DNA of 20,000 nucleotides from IMG/VR virus record IMGVR_UViG_3300014914_000005; one strand, 5' to 3'. Position numbers and translations under genes: made by a program. Shown in pieces: positions 1 through 7,878 of this stretch (positions are counted from its first letter, which is position 1; each line of letters begins with the position of its first letter). The DNA is from an uncultured virus (IMG/VR IMGVR_UViG_3300014914_000005) (Duplodnaviria > Heunggongvirae > Uroviricota > Caudoviricetes). The notes under the pieces are model-generated. The model made no database searches. It worked only from the letters and a program-made list of their open reading frames with translations, and was not told the origin of the DNA.

Positions 1-1
1 T

Positions 2-175
2 GAAATTGAGGAATGGGATGGTACATTGGAAGATACTACCAAAATAAAATATACGACCGTCACTGATGATTTGGACACGGCCGGTTTATGGTCATTTCAG
101 GCTTATGTAGAACTTCCAGCTTGGCAAGGCCATGGGGAACTCGCGCAATACAATATTTTTGAATTAATGGAATAA
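2..175 (+). CDS. 3' end of a partial CDS (...EIEEWDGTLEDTTKIKYTTVTDDLDTAGLWSFQAYVELPAWQGHGELAQYNIFELME*), small beta-rich phage protein, possibly BppU-N/Ig-like
   Basis: Manually translated open frame from the window start to TAA at 173-175, immediately followed by the portal RBS. The DLD..G.W..QAYVE pattern resembles BppU-like domains (recognition only). Confidence 0.6.
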   Translation, partial: EIEEWDGTLEDTTKIKYTTVTDDLDTAGLWSFQAYVELPAWQGHGELAQYNIFELME

Positions 176-180
176 GGAGG
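176..180 (+). promoter_or_regulatory. Shine-Dalgarno (GGAGG) for portal gene
   Basis: GGAGG 8 nt upstream of ATG 189. Confidence 0.8.
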
Positions 181-188
181 ACCATATT

Positions 189-1709
189 ATGAAAGTAAGC
201 GAACTGCAGGAAGTTCACCCGTATTACACAAAGCACGTGACGGAGTGGCGGTTTCTGCTTGCCTGTTATGAGGGAGCCAAGGAATTAATTTCGCTTGGGT
301 ATCTTAAACAGAATGAGCGAGAAAGCACTGCCAATTACGAACGTCGGCTTGAAGAGGCTTACGGGTTTGGGTATAGTAAATCTGTTATCGACTTACTGTG
401 CTTTTACTTATTCAAGAAACCTGTAAAGCGGGATTTGGGTGATATACAGAATGATGAGCAATGGAACGCTTTTTCCGAGGACTGTAATTTGTATGGCGAT
501 GATCTGGACACGTTCTTGCATACGCAAGCTCGGTACGCTTCCATTATGGGCCATGTGGGAATATTAGTAGACAAGGCCTCTGTTGAATTTGAAAACAAAC
601 AAGCTGAATTGGAAGCCGGTGTATATCCATATCTTGCATCTTATTTTCCAACTGCAATTTTGGATTGGAAATTTGAGCGAGACGAATATAACCGTCCATT
701 CCTTGCTTATCTGAAACTGAAAGACGATGATGACAAATACAGATTATGGTACCCGGACAAATGGGAAGTGTACGAAGAGCCGGAAGTGCCCGCGCCACCG
801 GTACCAAAAGCGGCTAATCAGCAAACCACTGACACCGGTACTATTTCAACAGCCGGTTCTGACTTGGAAGCCGAACTTGTCGACAGCGGTGAGAACCCAC
901 TTGGTGCAATACCGTTTGTATGGCTATATAACGTCCGGAGCAAGACAATTCCGCTAGGCACATCGGACATTCACGACGTAGGCCGTATTGACGTGTCAAT
1001 TATGTGTAATCTGTCTCAAGGCGAGGAGATTATTAGTTACGCCGCGTTCCCAATGATGCGAAAGCCAATGCAGGAAGCAGGCGCACCCAGCGGTCCTGAT
1101 GAGGTCGGTGTAACAGCTGTTTTGGAATTCGACCCGGAAAATCCAGAATCGAAACCAGACTGGTTGGATGCACAAGTGGCAGAACCCATCGACGCAATAC
1201 TCACATGGATTGGCAGGAAGGTAGAAGAGATTTACAGAGCCGCAAATACTGGCGGTATGGCTTCAACCGAAATCCAAACAACGGCAAAAAGCGGAGTAGC
1301 GTTACGGACCGAATTTCAATTGCTCAATAGTAAGCTTGTGAGCAAGGCCACGAATCTTGAAAAGGCAGAAGTTAAGCTGATCGACTTTTGGTTACAATGG
1401 CAAGAGAATGAAGAGGCCATGGATAAAGTAACTATTGAGCGCGAGCGAACATATGACATTGAAAACCTTGCCGAGGACTTGGAGAATGCCTTAACGTCCA
1501 TGACCATTGTAAAGGCCCGTAAATTTCTTGATGCGGTCCGTAAACAAGTTGTGCGACGCATGCTCCCGGGATATACAGATGAGCAGATTTCTGAATTGGA
1601 TGACGAGATTGAAAACATGGAAGACATGCCGCCTGTATCCGAAGCCGCTTTTCAGCCCGGAGCCGGTCAGCCTTTCGTAGCGCCAGAACCAGAACCGGAA
1701 GAAGAATAA
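189..1709 (+). CDS. Phage portal protein (SPP1 gp6-like/DUF4055-type)
   Basis: 506 aa; N-terminal YEGA..L...YL...ERES...Y..RL..A pattern, NPLGAIPFV motif, AKSGVAL...F..LN..L..KA.NLE motif, acidic C-terminus; first gene of head module. Confidence 0.9.
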   Translation: MKVSELQEVHPYYTKHVTEWRFLLACYEGAKELISLGYLKQNERESTANYERRLEEAYGFGYSKSVIDLLCFYLFKKPVKRDLGDIQNDEQWNAFSEDCNLYGDDLDTFLHTQARYASIMGHVGILVDKASVEFENKQAELEAGVYPYLASYFPTAILDWKFERDEYNRPFLAYLKLKDDDDKYRLWYPDKWEVYEEPEVPAPPVPKAANQQTTDTGTISTAGSDLEAELVDSGENPLGAIPFVWLYNVRSKTIPLGTSDIHDVGRIDVSIMCNLSQGEEIISYAAFPMMRKPMQEAGAPSGPDEVGVTAVLEFDPENPESKPDWLDAQVAEPIDAILTWIGRKVEEIYRAANTGGMASTEIQTTAKSGVALRTEFQLLNSKLVSKATNLEKAEVKLIDFWLQWQENEEAMDKVTIERERTYDIENLAEDLENALTSMTIVKARKFLDAVRKQVVRRMLPGYTDEQISELDDEIENMEDMPPVSEAAFQPGAGQPFVAPEPEPEEE

Positions 1710-1719
1710 GGAGAGATAG

Positions 1720-2781
1720 ATGCCTCTTCCAACTTTAGCAGAATTACAAGAAGTCGCGGTTCAGTTTGAAACGTCTACCGAATTCTCTGCTTGGTTAAAT
1801 GAGAATTATACTGCGGCTGAAAGACGCCAGATTGTTACGATGTTTCGTGGCGCTGGTTATACAGGTCAACCAACCAGACATTTTTGGAGGACTGCCTATG
1901 CACAAGCCAGATTACAAGTTGTTCGGAGTACGGTAACAAGAACCAATGGACTTTTGGGTAATACAATTCGTGTTAATCAAAGGCGATTACAAAAAGCTAT
2001 TAAGCAATTAGAGCGAAACATTATTGATGCTGCTTCTGAATTGGCCACAGAGCGAGGGCGTTTGGTTTCTGTTCAAGCCAACCTAAAAGTATTACAAAGG
2101 ATTCATTCACGGTTAACCTTTTTGTTTGATGAGGAATATGGAGAAGGAGTGAGGCGAAGTATAAGTGGCTTTGATGCTATACTTACAAACATTAGTCAGA
2201 ATTTCCGTGACCTTAATGTGGTAATGGAGTTTACAAGCGTTGATAGAGATATCATTGCAAGTTTACGCCAAACAACCTTTAATAACTTTGCGGCGTATGG
2301 GGAAGCGGCTCAACAGCGGTTAGTTACTGAGATGTACAATCAAGTTGTTGCTGGAAACAAGATGTCGACATTGACTAACATTATAACAGGTATATTCACA
2401 GGACATGTCGATGTTCGTGGTCGTCCAATGGTAACATACGCTAATCAGTATGCGTTTGATTCGGTAATGAATTTTCATAATACTGTCAACAATAAGAAAG
2501 CGGAGGACACAGGACTTATTCATTTCCTTTATATGGGTGACATTATAAAAACAAGCCGTCCGTTTTGTATTCGTCGCGCTGGTCGCATGTATACAAAAGA
2601 AGAAATAGAATCATGGGATACAATGCCATGGGCGGGCAAATCAGGACCGGCGTTTACACATCGGGGAGGATATAATTGTCGACATCACTGGGTCGGTGTC
2701 CGTCCTGAATGGGTACCAGAAGAAGGTGTAGATGTACAAACTTACGAAGGATTTGTTGGGCCACGAGATCGGCAGCGTTAA
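1720..2781 (+). CDS. Minor head/capsid morphogenesis protein (SPP1 gp7/MuF/minor capsid 2-like)
   Basis: Follows portal; C-terminal SRPFC...GGYNCRH motif typical of this family; RBS AGGAGA upstream. Confidence 0.85.
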   Translation: MPLPTLAELQEVAVQFETSTEFSAWLNENYTAAERRQIVTMFRGAGYTGQPTRHFWRTAYAQARLQVVRSTVTRTNGLLGNTIRVNQRRLQKAIKQLERNIIDAASELATERGRLVSVQANLKVLQRIHSRLTFLFDEEYGEGVRRSISGFDAILTNISQNFRDLNVVMEFTSVDRDIIASLRQTTFNNFAAYGEAAQQRLVTEMYNQVVAGNKMSTLTNIITGIFTGHVDVRGRPMVTYANQYAFDSVMNFHNTVNNKKAEDTGLIHFLYMGDIIKTSRPFCIRRAGRMYTKEEIESWDTMPWAGKSGPAFTHRGGYNCRHHWVGVRPEWVPEEGVDVQTYEGFVGPRDRQR

Positions 2782-2810
2782 AAATAAATCCATGAGTAAG
2801 GAGAGGTGTA

Positions 2811-3104
2811 ATGATTTATAAAGTACCCATTGAGAGTGGAAACGGTGAAGGTTATGTGACGTACGATGAGGAGACAAAGACCTCGGAAGTTGTATTTACC
2901 GACCAAAAAGCCGCAAAAGCCATACGACGATATTTAGATACCGAACGGGACTTTTGGATTCCCGTATCACAGGATTTAGAAGACTATGAAGTAATCCGTC
3001 GAAAACCGTTAAGTGACCGATGTTATTGGGAATTGTCCCTCTGTACATTACACGCGCACTTGGGCATTTGGGTTTCATGGGATAAGATGACATATTCTGA
3101 ATAA
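2811..3104 (+). CDS. Hypothetical 97-aa protein between minor head and scaffold genes
   Basis: ATG with strong RBS (AAGGAGAGGT); no recognisable motif. Confidence 0.7.
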   Translation: MIYKVPIESGNGEGYVTYDEETKTSEVVFTDQKAAKAIRRYLDTERDFWIPVSQDLEDYEVIRRKPLSDRCYWELSLCTLHAHLGIWVSWDKMTYSE

Positions 3105-3166
3105 TCCAATAAAATAAATCAGTTATTTGTTTTTACATTTTTTTAAAGAAAAACCAAAAAAATCGA

Positions 3167-3196
3167 TTGACTAAAATATTTTTTATTTAATAAAAC
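3167..3196 (+). promoter_or_regulatory. Candidate sigma70-type promoter for scaffold/capsid operon
   Basis: TTGACT (3167-3172), 18-nt spacer, TAAAAC (3191-3196), preceded by A/T tracts, in the only long AT-rich intergenic gap. The -10 match is imperfect. Confidence 0.35.
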
Positions 3197-3259
3197 GGAA
3201 CCTGATAATGTTTGCGATCCCGAGAAGAATTTTAGCAAGGAAGTACAATGGTTAAGAGC

Positions 3260-3324
3260 GCACCGGATGGTGCAATACCAAACAACTTATTAACGGTCCC
3301 GGATGGGACAAGGAGGCGGATGCC
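3260..3324 (+). promoter_or_regulatory. Three GGAT-loop hairpins in the scaffold leader, the last overlapping the RBS
   Basis: GCACC-GGAT-GGTGC (3260-3273), GTCCC-GGAT-GGGAC (3296-3309), GGC-GGAT-GCC (3315-3324) overlapping SD AGGAGG (3311-3316). Confidence 0.75.
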
Positions 3325-4194
3325 ATGACATGGAAATTGAAGCTTGATGAAGAAGGCAAACCAGTATTCCAAGAGGAAAAGCCTGTGTATATCGACCCGG
3401 ATGGGAAAGAGATTGCACTAGACCCTCCCAGCATGTACGTCAAGATTATTGATCTTGGCAAAGAGAATAAGACGCGCCGGGAAGAGGCAGATGGCTTGTC
3501 GACAAAGTTGAAACTGTTTGAGGGAATCGACGATTTGGAGGAGTGGAAAAAGAAAGCAGACGATTCCATTGTAGCGGTTGAAAATTTTAACGACAAAGAT
3601 TGGATGAAAGCCGAAAAAGTCGAGAAGCTGAAAAGCGAAATGAAGAGTGCTTACGAGGAGCAAGAGAGCAATTTGAAAAGAAGCTTTACAGCTAAAGAGG
3701 ACGATTACAAGGGAACGATCAACAAGAAAGATCTACAGATTCGAACTCTTATGGTCTCCAACCGTTTTGCGACATCACCATTTTTTAGCGGAACAAACCC
3801 GAAAACAATTCTGCCGCCTGATATGGCTGAGACCTACTTTGGAAAATACTTCCGGGTAGAGGAAGACAATAACAGCGGTGAATTGAGCCTAGTGGCTTAT
3901 GACAAGAATAACGATCCCATTTTGTCCCGGCAGAACCCGGGAGAGATCGCAGGCTTTGATGAGGCCATGGCTGTTATTTGGGAAGCCTACCCACAAAAGG
4001 ATGCATTAATTCGTGGAGGCAAAAAAGGTTCTGGTGCTGGTGGTGGACAAGGCGATGATGAATTTGGTACTGATGCCGACCTCAAAAAGCTGGAAGAGCA
4101 GTATGCTGCGGCTAAAGAGGCTGGTGACGGAAAACAAATGGTTGCTCTTAAGAACCGTATTTTCGATCTAAAGCAAAAGAAAGCCGCTGCATAA
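3325..4194 (+). CDS. Capsid scaffolding protein (DUF6651-like)
   Basis: N-terminus KLKLDEEGKPV....KPVYIDPDGKEIALD, charged coiled-coil body, Gly-rich GSGAGGG linker and C-terminal helix; immediately upstream of major capsid. Confidence 0.85.
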   Translation: MTWKLKLDEEGKPVFQEEKPVYIDPDGKEIALDPPSMYVKIIDLGKENKTRREEADGLSTKLKLFEGIDDLEEWKKKADDSIVAVENFNDKDWMKAEKVEKLKSEMKSAYEEQESNLKRSFTAKEDDYKGTINKKDLQIRTLMVSNRFATSPFFSGTNPKTILPPDMAETYFGKYFRVEEDNNSGELSLVAYDKNNDPILSRQNPGEIAGFDEAMAVIWEAYPQKDALIRGGKKGSGAGGGQGDDEFGTDADLKKLEEQYAAAKEAGDGKQMVALKNRIFDLKQKKAAA

Positions 4195-4224
4195 AAACCC
4201 TATACTTAATGGAGGATTTTTATT

Positions 4225-5187
4225 ATGGCGAATGTAAATGCTGCAGCGACCGTTTGGAATTGCCCTAACTATACAGGCGAGCTGTATCTTATCGGCGCAA
4301 ACAAGACGCCGTTTCTTAACATGATTGGTGGACTGCAAGGCGGACGAATCCGGACCGTTGGAGATTTTCAGTTTCCGCTGGCACAGCCCTGGGCTCTGGA
4401 GGCCGCTTCTCAGCCTGAAATTACAGAGACCGCTTCTCTCACCGCCCCAAACCCATGGACCTATGTACGTGATCAGGATGTTAATACTGTCCAGATTTTT
4501 CAGCGACAGGTAAGCGTATCTTACGCAAAACAGTCTGTCACAGGTCAAGTCACCGCTGATGCTACCACAGGCCTTGTCGACATTAACGACGGTCAGCCCG
4601 TACAGAATGAGAGGGACTTTCAAATCTCTGCTCATATGCGGCAAATTTCTGTCAATGTCGATTACACCTTTCTTAATGGTGCATACCAGCAAGCCACAGC
4701 GGCAAATGTCGCCGCAAAGAACCGCGGGATTATTACCGCCTGCACAACCAATACCGTGAACGCCGCTGCCGCTGCCTTGTCTAAGGCTTTGGTGGACCAG
4801 TTGCTCCGGACCATGGCCTCTAATGGCGCTGAGTTTGTCAACCCGGTCATCTTCTGCAATGCTTTCCAAAAACAGAAGCTGAGTGATATTTACGGGTATG
4901 CGCCCCAAGACAGAAATGTCGGTGGTTACAATATCAAACAGATCGAAACGGACTTCGCCGTCCTTGGTATTGTATGGGCTCCCAATGTCCCAGCTGCTAC
5001 TCTGTTGATCGCCGATCTGGCGTTCTGTTCCCCAGTGTTCCTGGCGGTCCCGGAAAAAGGTGTTCTGTTCTATGAAGAGCTTGCCAAGACCGGAGCCAGT
5101 GAAAAGGGCCAGATTTACGGACAGATTGGATTGGATTATGGACCGGAGGAGTACCACGGAACCATCACCAGTCTGGCCACCTCCTAG
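4225..5187 (+). CDS. Major capsid protein (HK97 fold, DUF5309/SU10-like)
   Basis: 320 aa; TPFLNMIGGL, N.VQIFQ..VSVSY, FLNG.YQ, GQIYGQIGLDYGPE motifs; position after scaffold; RBS GGAGG. Confidence 0.9.
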   Translation: MANVNAAATVWNCPNYTGELYLIGANKTPFLNMIGGLQGGRIRTVGDFQFPLAQPWALEAASQPEITETASLTAPNPWTYVRDQDVNTVQIFQRQVSVSYAKQSVTGQVTADATTGLVDINDGQPVQNERDFQISAHMRQISVNVDYTFLNGAYQQATAANVAAKNRGIITACTTNTVNAAAAALSKALVDQLLRTMASNGAEFVNPVIFCNAFQKQKLSDIYGYAPQDRNVGGYNIKQIETDFAVLGIVWAPNVPAATLLIADLAFCSPVFLAVPEKGVLFYEELAKTGASEKGQIYGQIGLDYGPEEYHGTITSLATS

Positions 5188-5210
5188 TCATTGCTCTAGG
5201 TAGTAATGGC
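5187..5210 (+). terminator. Hairpin after capsid stop (possible weak terminator or mRNA-stabilising stem)
   Basis: GTCATTGCT-CTAGGT-AGTAATGGC, 9-bp stem with two G-U pairs; the T tract is not directly adjacent. Confidence 0.4.
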
Positions 5211-5242
5211 ATTCACATTTTGAAGAAAGGAGGATTCTGATT

Positions 5243-5407
5243 ATGGCTTTCAGGTATAACAAAGAAGACGTAAAAAACTTTGTGGAGAAGAACCCGGCCG
5301 TCCCTCCGAAAATGAGGGAATATTTTTCCTATGTCAACAATAACCTGTTGACATGGCCGACCACGACCACCACCACCACAACCACCACCACAACCACAAC
5401 CGCTTAA
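5243..5407 (+). CDS. Small 54-aa protein with C-terminal 14-Thr tail (MAFRYNKEDVKNFVEKNPAVPPKMREYFSYVNNNLLTWP-T14-A); candidate capsid decoration protein
   Basis: Absent from the ORF track, which shows nothing below 60 aa; strong RBS AAAGGAGG upstream, ATG 5243, TAA 5405-5407; fills the gap between capsid and next gene. Confidence 0.85.
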   Translation: MAFRYNKEDVKNFVEKNPAVPPKMREYFSYVNNNLLTWPTTTTTTTTTTTTTTA

Positions 5408-5452
5408 TAGTTTATTAAACCGAGTTGTGAAGTTGAATAGGAGGACGTTGTA

Positions 5453-5917
5453 ATGACAGAAGGACGAAAAAGAAAGTTTTATAGAGCTAACTTGCCCACG
5501 GTTGTTTGGGATGCTGGAAATGATAGAGCACTTGCCGAATTTGTCAATGGTCAGTTTGTTACAAGGGATCAAGACGTCGCCAAGAAGCTTTTGGGTTTGG
5601 GATATGTAGAGGTTGATATTAGTGCCGATGCACCGCCTCCGCTGCCTGACCCACCCATTCAACCGGCTGCAAGTCCGGATGTCCCACTGGCTGGCGCTTA
5701 TGCAAAGGAGCAAGCCGGTTCTGCTGAAGACGATGAGGATGAGAAAGAAGTAAAACCGGAGACCGAAGAGACGTTCACTGGTACTGATTCTCCGGAGACG
5801 CCTGAAGCAAAAGAAAAGAAACCGGCTAAGAAAAAAGCTTCTACGAAAAAGAAGTCAACCAAGTCGACGGCATCCAAAAAAGCTGCTTCCCGTTCTCTAA
5901 AGGGACGAGCAAAATAA
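5453..5917 (+). CDS. Small head-region protein with Pro-rich, acidic and Lys/Ala-rich (histone H1-like) low-complexity C-terminus
   Basis: RBS AGGAGG; compact N-terminal domain (AEFVNGQFVT.D....KLL.LGY) followed by low-complexity segments. Confidence 0.8.
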   Translation: MTEGRKRKFYRANLPTVVWDAGNDRALAEFVNGQFVTRDQDVAKKLLGLGYVEVDISADAPPPLPDPPIQPAASPDVPLAGAYAKEQAGSAEDDEDEKEVKPETEETFTGTDSPETPEAKEKKPAKKKASTKKKSTKSTASKKAASRSLKGRAK

Positions 5918-5929
5918 AAAGGGTGTGTC

Positions 5930-6370
5930 ATGGCGAATTATTCTACCGATCCGGATTTAGTGAAAATCCGTCCTAATATCCTTGAGCTTGGTGTCGCCTC
6001 TTGGAATACACAGCATACAGAAGCCAAAGCCCAGATCGACAGGATTTTGGAGTCTCGCTGGTATAATGAGGTGGCCGCAGAACATAGCATAAACTTCCGG
6101 TCTACACCATTTGATGCTGATAAGTGCGACGCGGCGCAACTGGTAAGAGTGGCATGTTACAAGACACTTGAATTGGCGTATTTGTTTTTAATGAAGGATT
6201 CGCCTGAACCGGATGGCTATGAAAGGGAAATGAAGCTCTTTGGTAAAATGTACAAAGAGGAGCTGAACCTTATTCTGTCTCTTGGAGTGAATTACGATTG
6301 GGACGATAGCGATACCATTGAGGATGACGAACGTTTGTTGCCTCGGTACCGCAGAACGCAGAGGGTATGA
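5930..6370 (+). CDS. Head-tail connector/adaptor protein
   Basis: 146 aa starting MANYSTDPDL, predicted helical; standard position after head genes. Confidence 0.7.
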   Translation: MANYSTDPDLVKIRPNILELGVASWNTQHTEAKAQIDRILESRWYNEVAAEHSINFRSTPFDADKCDAAQLVRVACYKTLELAYLFLMKDSPEPDGYEREMKLFGKMYKEELNLILSLGVNYDWDDSDTIEDDERLLPRYRRTQRV

Positions 6371-6822
6371 TGGCCGAACCGTTATTTGTAAACGTCGGGC
6401 CTGTTAGGCGGACACTCAGGGATATTGCGGATGGCTTAGATACTGCAGAAAGCCTATTTGCTGAGATTGGTGCATTTGTTAAGTCTCAAATTGATATCCG
6501 CACTGCCATGGGTGTTGACAAAAACGAGCGGCCATTTACGCCGTATAGTGCGGCTTATGCCTTGTTTCGCGAAGAGTCCGGAAGGTCGACAACGCCAAAT
6601 TTGTTTTTTACTGGTTCCATGATGTCTGCAATGACGTATGAAGCAACCGCTCGGCAGGCAAGGATCTTTTTTATGAATACCACAGATCCCAGTGGAGTCG
6701 CTAATCCCTTAAAAGCTTATTACCTAAATGAGGACAGAAATTTTTTCGGAATGAGCGAAGGTGACGTTAACAAGATTGTTGAAATGACAGAAAGGTATAT
6801 CGGCCGTATAATAGGAGATTGA
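6367..6822 (+). CDS. Virion morphogenesis/neck (tail completion, Mu gpG/HK97 gp10-like) protein
   Basis: F.PYS..Y...R, NLFFTGSMM, RNFFGMS motifs; ATGA overlap with previous gene. Confidence 0.75.
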   Translation: MMAEPLFVNVGPVRRTLRDIADGLDTAESLFAEIGAFVKSQIDIRTAMGVDKNERPFTPYSAAYALFREESGRSTTPNLFFTGSMMSAMTYEATARQARIFFMNTTDPSGVANPLKAYYLNEDRNFFGMSEGDVNKIVEMTERYIGRIIGD

Positions 6823-6823
6823 C

Positions 6824-7276
6824 ATGGCTGCTAATAGCCTGCGAGAAAGAATATTGGTTCAACTGGTTTCAACTGTTAGTGATGTGGAGGCGATTAGCAC
6901 TGTCCGCAGAACGAAACAGTCTTATGCGAAGTTAAAAGAATTCGCGGTTACGCAGTTTCCAGTTGTCGCCATAGTTGGCAGGCTCCCGCAACCTCTGGAG
7001 CATATTAAAGGACGTGCTCCGGGAGGTGCCGATCTATTTGTTTCAGATCTACAAGTTGATTTCTTTGTTTACGGCATGGCCAATGAGGATGAAGATACTT
7101 TGGTCAGTAATTTGGCTGATGATTTATGGGCTGTGTTACATGCAGACCAAACAGTCAATAATCTGGCTATTAGCACTTCCTTAGTATTTACGGAAGATCC
7201 GCAGTATTGGCCTCCCTTTGTCGCCTTCAAATTAACTGCTACTATCAAATATAAACATCTAATAGGAGGGATTTAA
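6824..7276 (+). CDS. Tail terminator protein
   Basis: 150 aa, N-terminal SLRERIL pattern, FP motif; directly upstream of tail tube. Confidence 0.7.
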   Translation: MAANSLRERILVQLVSTVSDVEAISTVRRTKQSYAKLKEFAVTQFPVVAIVGRLPQPLEHIKGRAPGGADLFVSDLQVDFFVYGMANEDEDTLVSNLADDLWAVLHADQTVNNLAISTSLVFTEDPQYWPPFVAFKLTATIKYKHLIGGI

Positions 7277-7278
7277 TA

Positions 7279-7836
7279 ATGCCGACTCCCCCAAGCACAG
7301 AAAACTATGCGATTGGAAAAGGGAAGCTGTATATTGCTGAATGGTCCGGCGCGACACCTCCGGCAACTGTCGACACTGCAATCGGTAATTGTACCAGCAT
7401 TGAAGTTGAGCCGACTGTCGAGCGCCTTGCACATTACAGTTCCCAAGCTGGTTTTCGAACAAAAGATAAAAACCCAATCATCCAAACTGAATATACAATC
7501 AATTTTGACTGCGACGAAATCGCCGCCACGAACCTTGCCATTTTTCTTATGGGCACTGTTAGCGGTAATATTGTCTCGGCCTTGCAAGGTACCAACAAGG
7601 AGTATGCGCTCAAGTTTGTGAGCGACAATCCCATCGGCCCCAACCAGACATGGGAGTTCTGGAAGGTTACGTTAACGCCGAACGGTGCATTGCAATTAAT
7701 TGGTGATGAGTGGATGGTGATGAGCTTTGCCGGTGAGGGTTTATCTGATGTCGCGAACCATGCATCAAGCCCGTACTTTACAGTTACGGAGGCAACTACT
7801 ACAACCACAACTACTACCACAACAACGACTGTATAG
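7279..7836 (+). CDS. Major tail tube protein with C-terminal T12-V tail
   Basis: NYAIGKGKLYI, IGNC, HYSS..G.R.KD, DEI...NLA.FL.G motifs; upstream of chaperone and tape measure; no sheath gene in the module (non-contractile tail). Confidence 0.85.
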   Translation: MPTPPSTENYAIGKGKLYIAEWSGATPPATVDTAIGNCTSIEVEPTVERLAHYSSQAGFRTKDKNPIIQTEYTINFDCDEIAATNLAIFLMGTVSGNIVSALQGTNKEYALKFVSDNPIGPNQTWEFWKVTLTPNGALQLIGDEWMVMSFAGEGLSDVANHASSPYFTVTEATTTTTTTTTTTTV

Positions 7837-7878
7837 TCGTAAAAGGTAATATTTCGTACGCAGCGAACGGAGGTTATT

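Noticed and set aside
772..870. Pro/Thr-rich insertion in the portal as part of the poly-Thr system
   Set aside because: Only scattered Thr (QQTTDTGTIST), no run or TWF motif; more likely an ordinary variable loop.
4168..5157. 329-aa minus-strand ORF
   Set aside because: Antisense shadow of the major capsid gene; no recognisable motif; all credible genes are on the plus strand.
5185..5243. Readthrough or frameshift fusing capsid to the poly-Thr small ORF
   Set aside because: Capsid frame hits a second TAG three codons later, the small ORF's frame has TAA at 5204-5206, and the small ORF has its own strong RBS.
5360..5401. Poly-Thr tracts as simple microsatellites or sequencing artefacts
   Set aside because: Synonymous codons are mixed, frame is always Thr on the coding strand, and tracts recur at protein termini. 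This tract is the most ACC-rich, so slippage may contribute to its length.
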